A stretch of DNA of 64,000 bases, taken from positions 5,775-69,774 of the forward strand of contig CACBPV010000002.1 in assembly GCA_902541215.1 (NCBI GenBank), in the 5' to 3' direction. Below, in pieces: positions 1 through 9,350 of this stretch (its first letter is position 1; each line of letters starts with the position of its first letter). The position numbers and the translations under genes were made by a program. Below the pieces are notes generated by a model. It saw nothing but the letters and a program-made list of their open reading frames with translations. It did not search any database and was not told the origin of the DNA. Source of the DNA: an uncultured Alphaproteobacteria bacterium. Lineage in GTDB: Bacteria; Pseudomonadota; Alphaproteobacteria; HIMB59; GCA-002718135.

Positions 1-421
1 AACCTTCTGTGTCTCTTGGTTTTACAAAAGTAGTTTTAATGCCGAACTTAGGAAGTGTTAATCTAAATAAGTTTACAGTTCCACCGTAAAGCTGAGAAGA
101 AACAACCATGTGATCACCAGCGTTACAAAGGGTCATGATAGTTAAAAATATTGCACTCATTCCTGAGGCAGTTGCAAGAGCAGCTGTTCCTCCTTCAAGT
201 GCACAAACTCTTTCTTCTAGAACTTGTACTGTTGGGTTGGACATACGACTATAAATATGACCACCTCTTTCTAAATTAAAAAGTGCTGCCGCATGGTCAA
301 CATCATCAAACATATATGAAGTTGTTTGATAAATTGGTACTTGCCTTGAGCCAGCGTTTTTACTTGGTTGATAACCAGCATGTAGACTTAGTGTGTCAAA
401 TTTATAAGTTTTTGGATCCAT
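1..421 (-). CDS. metY: O-acetylhomoserine sulfhydrylase (PLP-dependent Cys/Met metabolism enzyme), N-terminal ~140 aa only; the C-terminal part lies outside the window
   Basis: Not in the ORF track because it runs off the window. My translation of the minus strand from ATG 421-419 gives MDPKTYKFDTLSLHAGYQPSKNAGSRQVPIYQTTSYMFDDVDHAAALFNLERGGHIYSRMSNPT..., the conserved N-terminus of OAH/OSH sulfhydrylases. The start codon abuts the stop codon (422-424) of the upstream gene. Confidence 0.8.
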   Translation of the reverse strand, partial: MDPKTYKFDTLSLHAGYQPSKNAGSRQVPIYQTTSYMFDDVDHAAALFNLERGGHIYSRMSNPTVQVLEERVCALEGGTAALATASGMSAIFLTIMTLCNAGDHMVVSSQLYGGTVNLFRLTLPKFGIKTTFVKPRDTEG

Positions 422-2053
422 TTATAACTCCTTTGCTTTTGTTCTTAATTCAAACTTTTGTATCTTCCCAGTTGATGTTTTTGGTAATTCACCAAAGATT
501 ACATGCTTTGGTCTTTTAAATCCAGCCATATTTTCTTTACAAAACTGAATTATATCCTCTTCTGTGGCATTTTTTCCAGGAGCTAGTTCTACAAAAGCAC
601 ATGGTGTTTCACCCCACTTTTCATCTGGCTTGGCAACTACTGCAACCAAGGAAACAGCTGGGTGTTTAGCAACAACATTTTCCACTTCCACAGATGAAAT
701 ATTTTCTCCTCCAGAGATTATGATATCTTTCGATCTATCTTTTATTTGAATATATCCATCAGGATAAACAACGGCTAAATCACCAGAGTGAAACCATCCA
801 TTATTCATGGATGTTTCAGTTGCCTCTTTATTTTTATAATATCCTTTCATTACTACATTACCTCGAATTAAAATCTCTCCCATACTTTCTCCATCCATCG
901 GAACTTTTTCATAGGTCTCTGGATTAGCAACACATACTTCTTCAGTATTTGGGTAACGAACACCTTGTCTTGCTTTAATATCAGCTTTTTCAGATTTTGA
1001 TTGTGATTCCCATTCTTCATTCCAAGCACACTGAAGAATATGACCGTATGTTTCGGTTAACCCATATACATGCATAACTTCAAAACCTAAGTTATCCATC
1101 TTTTCAAGAATTGCACTCGTTGGTGGAGCACCAGCAGTTAATACATATACTTTATGATTTATTTCTTTTTTATCTTTTTCATCAGCATTAGCAATTAAAC
1201 TTAAAACTATAGGAGCACCTCCAAAATGAGTTACTTTGTATTTATCTATTAAATTATAAATATCTTTTGCAACAATGTATCTGCAGCAAATAATCTTTGC
1301 ATGTATTAAAGCGGCTGTCCAAGGGTAGCCCCATCCGTTACAGTGGAACATTGGAACAGTATAAAGAAATGTTAATTTATTAGGCATGTTCCATGCGGTA
1401 ACACTTCCTGTAGACATTAAATATGATCCACGGTGGTGATACACAACACCTTTTGGTTTACCAGTTGTGCCTGATGTATAGCTTAGTGAGATTGCTTGCC
1501 ATTCATCTTCAGGAAAAGACCAATTATAATTGTCATCACCCGTTTGTAAAAATTCTTCATATGTCAATTCTCCAATTTGTTCACCCTCACCATCTTTAAA
1601 AACTGCCTGATCATCATGAATGTCAATAATAGGAATATTCTTCCCATATATTTGCAAAGCTTTTTTCATTGTAGGTGAAAATTGAGTATCAGTTATAAGA
1701 AGTTTTGCATCACTATGATCTAGAATATACGCAATTGTTTCTGCATCAAGTCTGGTATTGATCGTATTAATTACGCCGCCAGTCATTGGAATAGAATAAT
1801 GTGCTTCGAATAATTCTGGGGTATTTGCAGCTATGATTGAAACGGTACTGCCTTTTGTAATTCCTTTTTTTGCTAATGCACTAGCAAACTTGGTACATCG
1901 ATTATAGGTTTCAAGCCAAGTGTAACTTCTTTTTCCATAAACTAAAGAATCATAGTTTGGATAAATATCTTTCACGCGAGTTATAAAACTTAATGGTGAT
2001 AGTGGAACAAAATTGGCTGAATTTTTATCTAGGTTTATATCAAAATTACTCAT
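422..2053 (-). CDS. AMP-forming acyl-CoA synthetase (ANL superfamily, short/medium-chain type)
   Basis: 543 aa. Motifs SYTSGTTGKPKGV, YGLTET, GWFHSGD and PKTSTGKIQK are present. The N-terminal region (YTWLETYNRCTKFASAL) resembles AAE7/ACN1-like short-chain CoA ligases. The substrate cannot be read from the sequence. Confidence 0.85.
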   Translation of the reverse strand: MSNFDINLDKNSANFVPLSPLSFITRVKDIYPNYDSLVYGKRSYTWLETYNRCTKFASALAKKGITKGSTVSIIAANTPELFEAHYSIPMTGGVINTINTRLDAETIAYILDHSDAKLLITDTQFSPTMKKALQIYGKNIPIIDIHDDQAVFKDGEGEQIGELTYEEFLQTGDDNYNWSFPEDEWQAISLSYTSGTTGKPKGVVYHHRGSYLMSTGSVTAWNMPNKLTFLYTVPMFHCNGWGYPWTAALIHAKIICCRYIVAKDIYNLIDKYKVTHFGGAPIVLSLIANADEKDKKEINHKVYVLTAGAPPTSAILEKMDNLGFEVMHVYGLTETYGHILQCAWNEEWESQSKSEKADIKARQGVRYPNTEEVCVANPETYEKVPMDGESMGEILIRGNVVMKGYYKNKEATETSMNNGWFHSGDLAVVYPDGYIQIKDRSKDIIISGGENISSVEVENVVAKHPAVSLVAVVAKPDEKWGETPCAFVELAPGKNATEEDIIQFCKENMAGFKRPKHVIFGELPKTSTGKIQKFELRTKAKEL

Positions 2054-2091
2054 CTGTTTCCTAAAAGGATCAAATACTACAAGAAATTAAT

Positions 2092-4326
2092 TTAATTTAC
2101 TAATGGTTTTCCAGTTTCAAGTGTATGTTTTATTCGCTCTTGAGTTTTAGGCATCTGGATAAGTCTCATGAAAGCTTCTAATTCAAGATTATAAAGATCA
2201 TCTTCACTTAATTCATTATCAATTTTTGTATTTCCACCACTAAGCACAAAAGCAATTTGCTTACCTACTTCTAATCCGTGGTCTAAAATTTTATTATCAT
2301 TATAAAGTGCTTCAAGTTTTTCAAACATTTTATCTCTGACAGCACTACCGCCCAAATTGAATTTAGGTTGAGACGGTTTTTCATAGCCTCCCTCAATATT
2401 ATTTAATAAATCGATAGCCGTTGATAATTGTCTGTCTCTATTTATTACCACCTTATCCTTTTCTAAAAAGAATTGATTTGGCAGCGCTTCATTTGGTGAG
2501 GTAGCAGTAATAGCATAACCAATAAGATCAAAAACTTTCATAGACGCATGTTCAGAATTTTTTTTACCTTCTGGAGTTTGTAACCAACGCCAAAGCATTT
2601 CCTTACAACCCCCACCAGCAGGAATGAGTCCAACTAAAGATTCAACTAGTCCAAGAACAACATTTGTATGCGCAACGTTATAATCACAATGCAATACCAC
2701 TTCAAACCCACCGCCAATAGCAAGCCCTGATGGCGCAGCAATAAAAGGTTTATCAGCATATTTTATTGTTTTACACGTTTGTTGGAAATCAATTATAAAT
2801 TTTTCAATTTTAGACCATTCATTATTTTTAGCAAATTCCATGACATAATTTAAATTTACACCAGCAGAAAATTGCATTGCATCATTAATCACAATTGTGC
2901 TTTTATTATTTTGAGCAGCTTCTTTTAAAGCTAACATAGAGTCAGTATCTAAAGCGTTTGCCTTAGTAGTAAATTCAACAACCTGATATGATGAAGCATT
3001 TTTAATATTAGCAGAAGGGTTCTCAAAAGTTTTTTGTAAATTTAACGATCTTAAATTATCAATACTTGAATCTAAATATCCAGGTCTTTTATTAAATTCA
3101 AAAACTCCCTTTAGATCTTTAAAGAAGTTAATATCAGTATTTTGATCAATAAAATTTTTTGTATCAATATTTGAAAGCATTTCAAAAGGGCCAACAGTCC
3201 AATTAAAACCTAATCTGAGTGCATCATCTATGTCTATATATTTTGATGATACATCAGGGATTAAATATGCAGCATACCTAATTACTTTTGTCAGAATTGA
3301 TTTTGCATATTCACCGTATTTGTCTTTTCTTTGAATGATTTTATTTATGTCAATTTTATCTCCCATACCTAAATTAATTTTCTGACTTGGGTGATACTCG
3401 CCAGTTTCTAAATTAATAGCCTCAAGAATTTTTTTTCCATCAGATTTATTCATTCTATAAAAACCACCCTTACCTTTTCTTCCTGTATACCCAGTTTCAA
3501 TAAGTTTGCTGACCAATGGAATCTCTTGTGCAACCTCGTGGAAAGGATCTTCTTTTGGGAGTTCTTTGATAAAACTTTTTAAAACATCAGCCATCAAATC
3601 GATACCAATTAAATCGTATAGTCCAAAAATTCCAGTCTTTGGGATACCCATTGGTCTTCCAAATACTGCATCAGCCTCTTCAATTGATATCTTCATTTTA
3701 AAAGCTTCAGTCATAGCAACTTGCATTGCATAAACTCCAATTCTGTTTCCTATAAATCCTGGAGTGTCGTTACAAATAATTACACCTTTACCAAGTTTTT
3801 CATCACAAAATTGTTTTAATAAATTTATTTTTTCAAAGTCATTAACTTCTTCAGTTACTATCTCGAGCAATGCCATATAACGAACTGGGTTAAAAAAATG
3901 GGTAATGCAAAAATTTTTTTTCATTTCGTCTGACATATTTGCTGATAAAATTTTTAATGGAATTGTAGATGTATTAGATGAAATTATAGAATTGTTCTTT
4001 CTTTTAGTCTGAATTTTATCATAAATGTTGTGTTTAATATCTATTCTCTCAACAACAGCCTCCACAACCCAATCAGCTTCGGCAACTTCATTAAAGTCGT
4101 CCTCAATATTTCCAACCTTAATTAATTCTGCTTTGTTTTTTTCTACTAAAAGTGGGGGTCTTGATTTTTTAATTCCTTCTTTAGCGTTTTCTGTAATTTG
4201 GTTTCTAGATCCTTCTTTTGAAGGTAAGTCTAGAAGTGTTACATCAATACCAGCATTTGCTATTTGGGCTGCAATTCCACTTCCCATAGTGCCAGATCCT
4301 ATTACTACTACTTTTTTAATATTCAT
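2092..4326 (-). CDS. Bifunctional 3-hydroxyacyl-CoA dehydrogenase / enoyl-CoA hydratase (FadN-type domain order)
   Basis: 744 aa. It has an N-terminal Rossmann motif VVIGSGTMGSGIA with a 3-hydroxyacyl-CoA dehydrogenase core, and a C-terminal crotonase-fold region (GLAIGGGFEVVLHCD). The dehydrogenase comes first, as in Bacillus FadN, not as in E. coli FadB. Confidence 0.85.
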   Translation of the reverse strand: MNIKKVVVIGSGTMGSGIAAQIANAGIDVTLLDLPSKEGSRNQITENAKEGIKKSRPPLLVEKNKAELIKVGNIEDDFNEVAEADWVVEAVVERIDIKHNIYDKIQTKRKNNSIISSNTSTIPLKILSANMSDEMKKNFCITHFFNPVRYMALLEIVTEEVNDFEKINLLKQFCDEKLGKGVIICNDTPGFIGNRIGVYAMQVAMTEAFKMKISIEEADAVFGRPMGIPKTGIFGLYDLIGIDLMADVLKSFIKELPKEDPFHEVAQEIPLVSKLIETGYTGRKGKGGFYRMNKSDGKKILEAINLETGEYHPSQKINLGMGDKIDINKIIQRKDKYGEYAKSILTKVIRYAAYLIPDVSSKYIDIDDALRLGFNWTVGPFEMLSNIDTKNFIDQNTDINFFKDLKGVFEFNKRPGYLDSSIDNLRSLNLQKTFENPSANIKNASSYQVVEFTTKANALDTDSMLALKEAAQNNKSTIVINDAMQFSAGVNLNYVMEFAKNNEWSKIEKFIIDFQQTCKTIKYADKPFIAAPSGLAIGGGFEVVLHCDYNVAHTNVVLGLVESLVGLIPAGGGCKEMLWRWLQTPEGKKNSEHASMKVFDLIGYAITATSPNEALPNQFFLEKDKVVINRDRQLSTAIDLLNNIEGGYEKPSQPKFNLGGSAVRDKMFEKLEALYNDNKILDHGLEVGKQIAFVLSGGNTKIDNELSEDDLYNLELEAFMRLIQMPKTQERIKHTLETGKPLVN

Positions 4327-4430
4327 GTGAGTTCTATAAAGCTGAGCTTATATAAGAAAAATTTGCCGTATGAAAATAATTTAAGCATAAGAGTGGAAAT
4401 TAATATAAATATCTCTTATAGGCGCGCAAA

Positions 4431-5813
4431 ATGAAAAAAAATCCTTCAAGAAATGTCCATTTTTCAAAAGGACCTAGTGAGATTTTAGATGCAATTAATT
4501 CGTCTATAGATATCGATCAACGTCTGTATAAAGAAGATATAACTGGGTCAATAGCGCATGCTAGAATGCTCGGTAAACAAAAAATAATAAATAAAAAAGA
4601 ACAAAGTGCAATAGTTTCTGGACTTAAAGCAATTGAAAGAGATATTGAAAAAAACAAGGTCGTATTTTCAAAAAAACTTGAAGATATTCATATGAACATT
4701 GAAAGTTTATTATTTAAGAAAATTGGAAAAATTGCAGGAAAGCTTCATACTGCAAGATCTAGAAATGATCAGGTAGTAACTGATTTAAAATTATGGATTA
4801 AAAAAGAATCTAAAATTTTAGATAGTGAACTAAAAAAATTTCAGAGAACTTTAATTAATATTGCAACAAAAAATACTGCAACAATTATGCCAGGTTACAC
4901 TCATTTACAGATTGCTCAACCAATAACATTAGCTCATCATGTTTTAGCTTACGTTGAAATGATTGGTAGAGACAGAACAAGACTTGAAGATTGTTTATAT
5001 CGTCTTAATGAAAACCCATTAGGTGCAGCTGCACTTGCAGGAACTTCTTTTCCTATTGATAGAAAATATACAACTAAAGAGTTGGGATTTAGAGAGCCAA
5101 CAAAAAATGCTATGGACACTGTCTCAGATAGAGACTTTGTAATAGAATTTTTATTTGTTCTATCACTAATTGCTGTTCATTTATCAAAAATAGCAGAGGA
5201 AATAGTACTTTGGTCAAATCAACAATTTAATTTTATCAATTTACCAGATGATCTTTCAACTGGTAGTTCAATTATGCCTCAGAAAAAAAATCCAGATGGT
5301 GCAGAGCTTGTTAGAGGAAAAACAAGTATTATCATTAGTAATCTAAATTCAATGCTTAATATTATTAAAGGGTTACCACTTTCTTATAGTAAGGACTTAC
5401 AAGACGATAAACAAATAACATTTAATTCATACGACAATGTTTCTTTGTGTATAAAAGTTATGAATGAAATTTTATCAAAATCTACATTCAACAAAACTAG
5501 AATGAAAGAGTTGATTGATAATTCAAATGCAACCGCTACCGATTTGGCTAATTGGTTGGTTCAAAAACTTAGATATTCATTTAGAGATGCTTATGTTGTT
5601 ACAGGAAAGATTGTTTCTTATTGTTCAAAACAAGATAGAAACATAGATTCATTATCTCTTGGAGAATTAAAAAAATTTGACAAAAATATAACAGCTGACG
5701 CAAAAAAAGTGCTATCAGCTTCTAACAGTGTTAAATCAAAATCAAGTTTTGGGGGTACAGCTCCTGAAATTACTAAAAAAATTATAAAACTTGTTATAAA
5801 AAAATACTTATGA
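4431..5813 (+). CDS. argH: Argininosuccinate lyase
   Basis: 460 aa with the fumarate-lyase signature GSSIMPQKKNPD. Length and overall pattern are typical of ArgH. Confidence 0.95.
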   Translation: MKKNPSRNVHFSKGPSEILDAINSSIDIDQRLYKEDITGSIAHARMLGKQKIINKKEQSAIVSGLKAIERDIEKNKVVFSKKLEDIHMNIESLLFKKIGKIAGKLHTARSRNDQVVTDLKLWIKKESKILDSELKKFQRTLINIATKNTATIMPGYTHLQIAQPITLAHHVLAYVEMIGRDRTRLEDCLYRLNENPLGAAALAGTSFPIDRKYTTKELGFREPTKNAMDTVSDRDFVIEFLFVLSLIAVHLSKIAEEIVLWSNQQFNFINLPDDLSTGSSIMPQKKNPDGAELVRGKTSIIISNLNSMLNIIKGLPLSYSKDLQDDKQITFNSYDNVSLCIKVMNEILSKSTFNKTRMKELIDNSNATATDLANWLVQKLRYSFRDAYVVTGKIVSYCSKQDRNIDSLSLGELKKFDKNITADAKKVLSASNSVKSKSSFGGTAPEITKKIIKLVIKKYL

Positions 5814-5998
5814 TGAACAGATTAATATTATTATCATTTTTGTTGTTTACTTTTAGCTGTGGTAAAGTTGGTCCTTTAAGTTTGCCAGAAGATCAAGTAG
5901 ACAAATCCGTAATTACATATCCATGTGATGAAGCATGTTTAGAGAAATTAGAAGAAGAGAAAAAACGTCAACAATCCGTTATTATAAATACTGAATAA
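5810..5998 (+). CDS. Small lipoprotein, LptM/YifL-like
   Basis: 62 aa. It has a signal peptide with lipobox LFTFSC followed by GKVGPLSLPED, which matches the C-G-x-K-G-P-L-x-x-P pattern of YifL/LptM lipoproteins. The start overlaps the argH stop (ATGATGA). Confidence 0.6.
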   Translation: MMNRLILLSFLLFTFSCGKVGPLSLPEDQVDKSVITYPCDEACLEKLEEEKKRQQSVIINTE

Positions 5999-7240
5999 AT
6001 GCTCACTTATAAAAATAATGAACCGTATATTGAGGGTACTTCTTTATATGACTTAGTTAAAGTTTGTCAGACACCTTTTTATGTGTATTCACAACAAAAA
6101 ATTATAAATCAAGTAAATAAAACTAAAGAAATTTTAGGTAACAATATTTTTTATTCAATTAAGTCTAATTCAAATCAAGCTATTTTGAAATTAATGAACT
6201 CGTTAAATATTGGAGCAGATGTAGTGTCAGTTGGTGAATTAAAAAGGGCCTTAGACGCTGGTTTCGATGCAAATAAAATAATTTTTGAAGGTGTTGGAAA
6301 ATCTGAACAAGACTTACTCTATGCTATGCATAAGAATATACGTTTAATTAATACTGAATCTTTAGAAGAAATAAAACTTCTCGATAATTTAGCAAATGAA
6401 AAAAATAAAATCGTTGATATTGGTGTTAGACTTAATCCAGATGTTGATGGTGAGACTTTAAGTAAAATTTCAACAGGAAAAAAAACTGATAAGTTTGGTA
6501 TTGAATTTGAAAATTTAGATAAAATTATCAAATTAGTTAAAAGTTGTAAAAATTTAAATTTAATTGGTATTACTTGTCATATTGGAAGTCAAATTAGTAA
6601 AATTGAAGCATATAAAAATACATTTTCTCAAATGAAAATGGCTGCAGATAAATTTATTGAATCAGGTATTAATATCAAGCATGTAGATTTGGGTGGAGGT
6701 TTTCATGTTAAATATGAAGATTCTGATCCTGACTTTAATATTCAGATGGTAAAAGAAGAACTTGATAATTGTTTTACGCAAACAAACTATGAATTATCGT
6801 TTGAGCCTGGTCGGTATTTAATTGCTGAGGCTGGAGTTACAGTTACTTCTATTGTTACAATTAAAAATAATGGAGGTATAAATTATTTAATTGTTGATGC
6901 TGGTATGAATACATTGATACGTCCAGCCATGTATGGTGCACATCATGAAATATTAGCGATTGATGTAAAATCAGAGGAATTTATGGATTATGCTATTGCT
7001 GGTCCAATTTGTGAAAGTTCAGATGTTTTTTTAAAAAATATTAAATTGGCTAAACAAAAAATTGGTAATCTACTAGTTATAAAAAATACAGGAGCTTATG
7101 GAAAAGTAATGTCTTCAAATTATAACTCTAGGCCACTGCCCTCCGAAATTTTAGTAAACAATGATAGTTATGCAATTATTTATTCTCCAGAAAAAATTGA
7201 GAAAATAATTGAAGCTGATATTATTCCTAGCTGGTTGTAA
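5999..7240 (+). CDS. lysA: Diaminopimelate decarboxylase
   Basis: 413 aa. Group IV PLP decarboxylase motifs are present: YSIKSNSN (PLP lysine), DLGGGF, EPGRYL, CESSD. Confidence 0.95.
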   Translation: MLTYKNNEPYIEGTSLYDLVKVCQTPFYVYSQQKIINQVNKTKEILGNNIFYSIKSNSNQAILKLMNSLNIGADVVSVGELKRALDAGFDANKIIFEGVGKSEQDLLYAMHKNIRLINTESLEEIKLLDNLANEKNKIVDIGVRLNPDVDGETLSKISTGKKTDKFGIEFENLDKIIKLVKSCKNLNLIGITCHIGSQISKIEAYKNTFSQMKMAADKFIESGINIKHVDLGGGFHVKYEDSDPDFNIQMVKEELDNCFTQTNYELSFEPGRYLIAEAGVTVTSIVTIKNNGGINYLIVDAGMNTLIRPAMYGAHHEILAIDVKSEEFMDYAIAGPICESSDVFLKNIKLAKQKIGNLLVIKNTGAYGKVMSSNYNSRPLPSEILVNNDSYAIIYSPEKIEKIIEADIIPSWL

Positions 7241-7684
7241 CTAATTTAAAGTATTGTGTATAATTTTAGCTAAATCTGAAATTATCAAATTTAAATTAAA
7301 GAAAAATTCCCTAATATAGAAATCAATAATAATAAAAGTATTTACACCGTAAGATCGATAAATCCATATTGCTAAAATTGCAACTATAGCTAGAGCAATT
7401 ACTATAGTTGAATTAATAACACTTGGTTTTTCTTGTCTTACAACTGTACTTGGTAAATTTCTGACTGGACCTTTTTCTAATTTTTCTTTTTCTTTATTAT
7501 TTTTTAAATTTTTATCTAATTCTTCTTTTTTTGTAGATGGGACTGATGTTGTAATGTCAGTATCATCTAATTCTTGAAACCATTGATGATTACAATTTGC
7601 ACATTCAACCATTCTACCATTTGGTTTAAGATCTGCAGAATTGACTAAATACTTGAATTCACAATTAGAGCAAACAATGAACAT
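7241..7684 (-). CDS. MJ0042-type zinc-ribbon membrane protein, function unknown
   Basis: 147 aa. It has an N-terminal CxxC...CxxC ribbon (VCSNCEFKY...VECANCNHQW), a charged linker and one hydrophobic helix (STIVIALAIVAILAIWIY). Its stop codon abuts the lysA stop. Confidence 0.6.
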   Translation of the reverse strand: MFIVCSNCEFKYLVNSADLKPNGRMVECANCNHQWFQELDDTDITTSVPSTKKEELDKNLKNNKEKEKLEKGPVRNLPSTVVRQEKPSVINSTIVIALAIVAILAIWIYRSYGVNTFIIIDFYIREFFFNLNLIISDLAKIIHNTLN

Positions 7685-7734
7685 AAATTATATATAGATC
7701 AGTCAGGCTAGTATATAAAACAAAATCATTAAGT

Positions 7735-8442
7735 ATGTTAATTTTAAAAAGTATAATATTTTATATTTCCTTAGTTATATGGACTGTGTTGATGGGTATT
7801 GTGTGTTTACCTTTTCTCTTATTACCAAGTTATTTACTTAAATATCCAACCAAACTTTGGATACGTGTTATTTTCGTTTTTCTTAATCTTGTATGTAATA
7901 TTAAACATAAAATTGAGGGTTTAGAAAATATTCCAAATGAAAGTGTCTTAATTGCGTCTAAACATCAGTCCGCATTTGAGACACTCGCACTCTATTACTA
8001 TTTAAAAGATTGTTTTTTTGTCCATAAAAAAGAGCTTTTCTTTATACCAATTTTTGGCCAGTATTTATTCAAGTCTAATATGGTTGCGATTAATAGAGAT
8101 GGTGGAACAAAAGCTATGAGAGATATGTTACAAAAAGTTCAATCAAAATTATCTTTTGGGTCTTCAATTATTATTTTCCCCGAAGGAACAAGAAAGCTGC
8201 CTGGTAGTAAACCTGATTATAAGACAGGTTTTATTGGAATTTATAATCATACAAAAAGAAAAATCCTTCCTGTAGCTTTAAATTCAGGTTTATGTTGGCC
8301 AAAACAATCATGGGTATTAGAAAAAGGATTAATTACAATAAAATTTTTACCGACAATTGATGAAGGTTTAGATAAAAAAGTTTTATTAAACGAAGTTCAA
8401 AATAGAATAGAAACTGCTTCAAATTTATTATTGGATAACTAA
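7735..8442 (+). CDS. plsC: 1-acyl-sn-glycerol-3-phosphate acyltransferase
   Basis: 235 aa with an N-terminal TM segment, the acyltransferase HxxxxD/E block (KHQSAFET) and FPEGTR. Confidence 0.85.
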   Translation: MLILKSIIFYISLVIWTVLMGIVCLPFLLLPSYLLKYPTKLWIRVIFVFLNLVCNIKHKIEGLENIPNESVLIASKHQSAFETLALYYYLKDCFFVHKKELFFIPIFGQYLFKSNMVAINRDGGTKAMRDMLQKVQSKLSFGSSIIIFPEGTRKLPGSKPDYKTGFIGIYNHTKRKILPVALNSGLCWPKQSWVLEKGLITIKFLPTIDEGLDKKVLLNEVQNRIETASNLLLDN

Positions 8443-9350
8443 TTCTTTTCTGTGGGATCAAAAGTTCCTGCTTGACCAATCTCTTCAATAATTTTTCTAA
8501 TTTCTTTTGATTTTATAAATTTTTCTTCCAAATATTTTAAATCATTATTTCTTATTGCTTTTTGATAAGTAAGCAGATCTTCACTGAAACGACCAAGCAT
8601 TTCTAAAACGGCTTCTTTGTTTTTTTCATAAACATCACGCCACATTACTGGATCACTACCTGCCAATCTTGTGAAATCTCTAAAACCTGCAGCTGAATAC
8701 TTAATTACTTCATCTTTCATTTGAGATTCAAGCTCTGTTGCAGTTCCTACTACAGAATATGCAATGAGTTGTGGAATATGAGATGTCATAGCTAGTACTC
8801 TGTCATGACGTTTAGGTTCCATGATTTCTATATTCATTCCAAATGACTCCCAAATATCTGAAATTGATCTTGTTATCTCACTCTGAGTTTCTATTGGGGT
8901 CAAAATGCAATACCTATTCTCAAACAGCTTTGCGAAACCAAATTCTGGTCCACTTTTTTCTAATCCAGCAATAGGGTGGGCAGGAACAAATAAAATTTTT
9001 TTATTATTAATTGATTCTTTAAAATCTTCTATAACACTTACTTTTGTTGAACCAACATCTGTTACTAGTGTTGTTTCATTAACATAGCTATTCAATTGCT
9101 TAAATATGTCCCTATATGAACTCAAAGGCGTACAAATAAAAATAATATCAAATTGTTGATTATATTTATTTAAATCACTCTCTATTGCATCCACAAGATT
9201 TAAATTTTTTGAAACACTTATTACCTCACTTTCCTTATCAATAGCAAAAATTTTTTTTGATAATTGTTTTTCCTTCAGTGCCCTTGCTATGGATGATCCA
9301 ATTAATCCCATACCAATGACCAGAGCTGAATCATAAGTTATTTTAGACAT
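8439..9350 (-). CDS. tyrC: Prephenate/arogenate (cyclohexadienyl) dehydrogenase
   Basis: 303 aa with a Rossmann motif VIGMGLIGSSIA and the AHPIAG and TSHIPQL blocks of the TyrA family. It overlaps the upstream aminotransferase gene by 8 nt. Confidence 0.9.
   Translation of the reverse strand: MSKITYDSALVIGMGLIGSSIARALKEKQLSKKIFAIDKESEVISVSKNLNLVDAIESDLNKYNQQFDIIFICTPLSSYRDIFKQLNSYVNETTLVTDVGSTKVSVIEDFKESINNKKILFVPAHPIAGLEKSGPEFGFAKLFENRYCILTPIETQSEITRSISDIWESFGMNIEIMEPKRHDRVLAMTSHIPQLIAYSVVGTATELESQMKDEVIKYSAAGFRDFTRLAGSDPVMWRDVYEKNKEAVLEMLGRFSEDLLTYQKAIRNNDLKYLEEKFIKSKEIRKIIEEIGQAGTFDPTEKN

Noticed and set aside
283-749. Track ORFs 283-519(+) and 564-749(+)
   Set aside because: They lie antisense inside metY and the acyl-CoA synthetase gene. 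They have odd composition and no recognisable motifs. These are shadow ORFs of strongly supported genes.
422-2053. Calling the acyl-CoA synthetase DmdB (3-methylmercaptopropionyl-CoA ligase)
   Set aside because: The idea is tempting because of the SAR11 context and the adjacent metY. However, the N-terminal region resembles AAE7/ACN1-type short-chain ligases more than my recollection of DmdB sequences. No dmdA or dmdC is nearby. The substrate is left open.
3506-4330. Track ORFs 3506-3733(+) and 4025-4330(+)
   Set aside because: They are antisense shadows within the 744-aa FadN-type gene. Their S/I/F-rich low-complexity translations are typical of the reverse frame of AT-rich genes.
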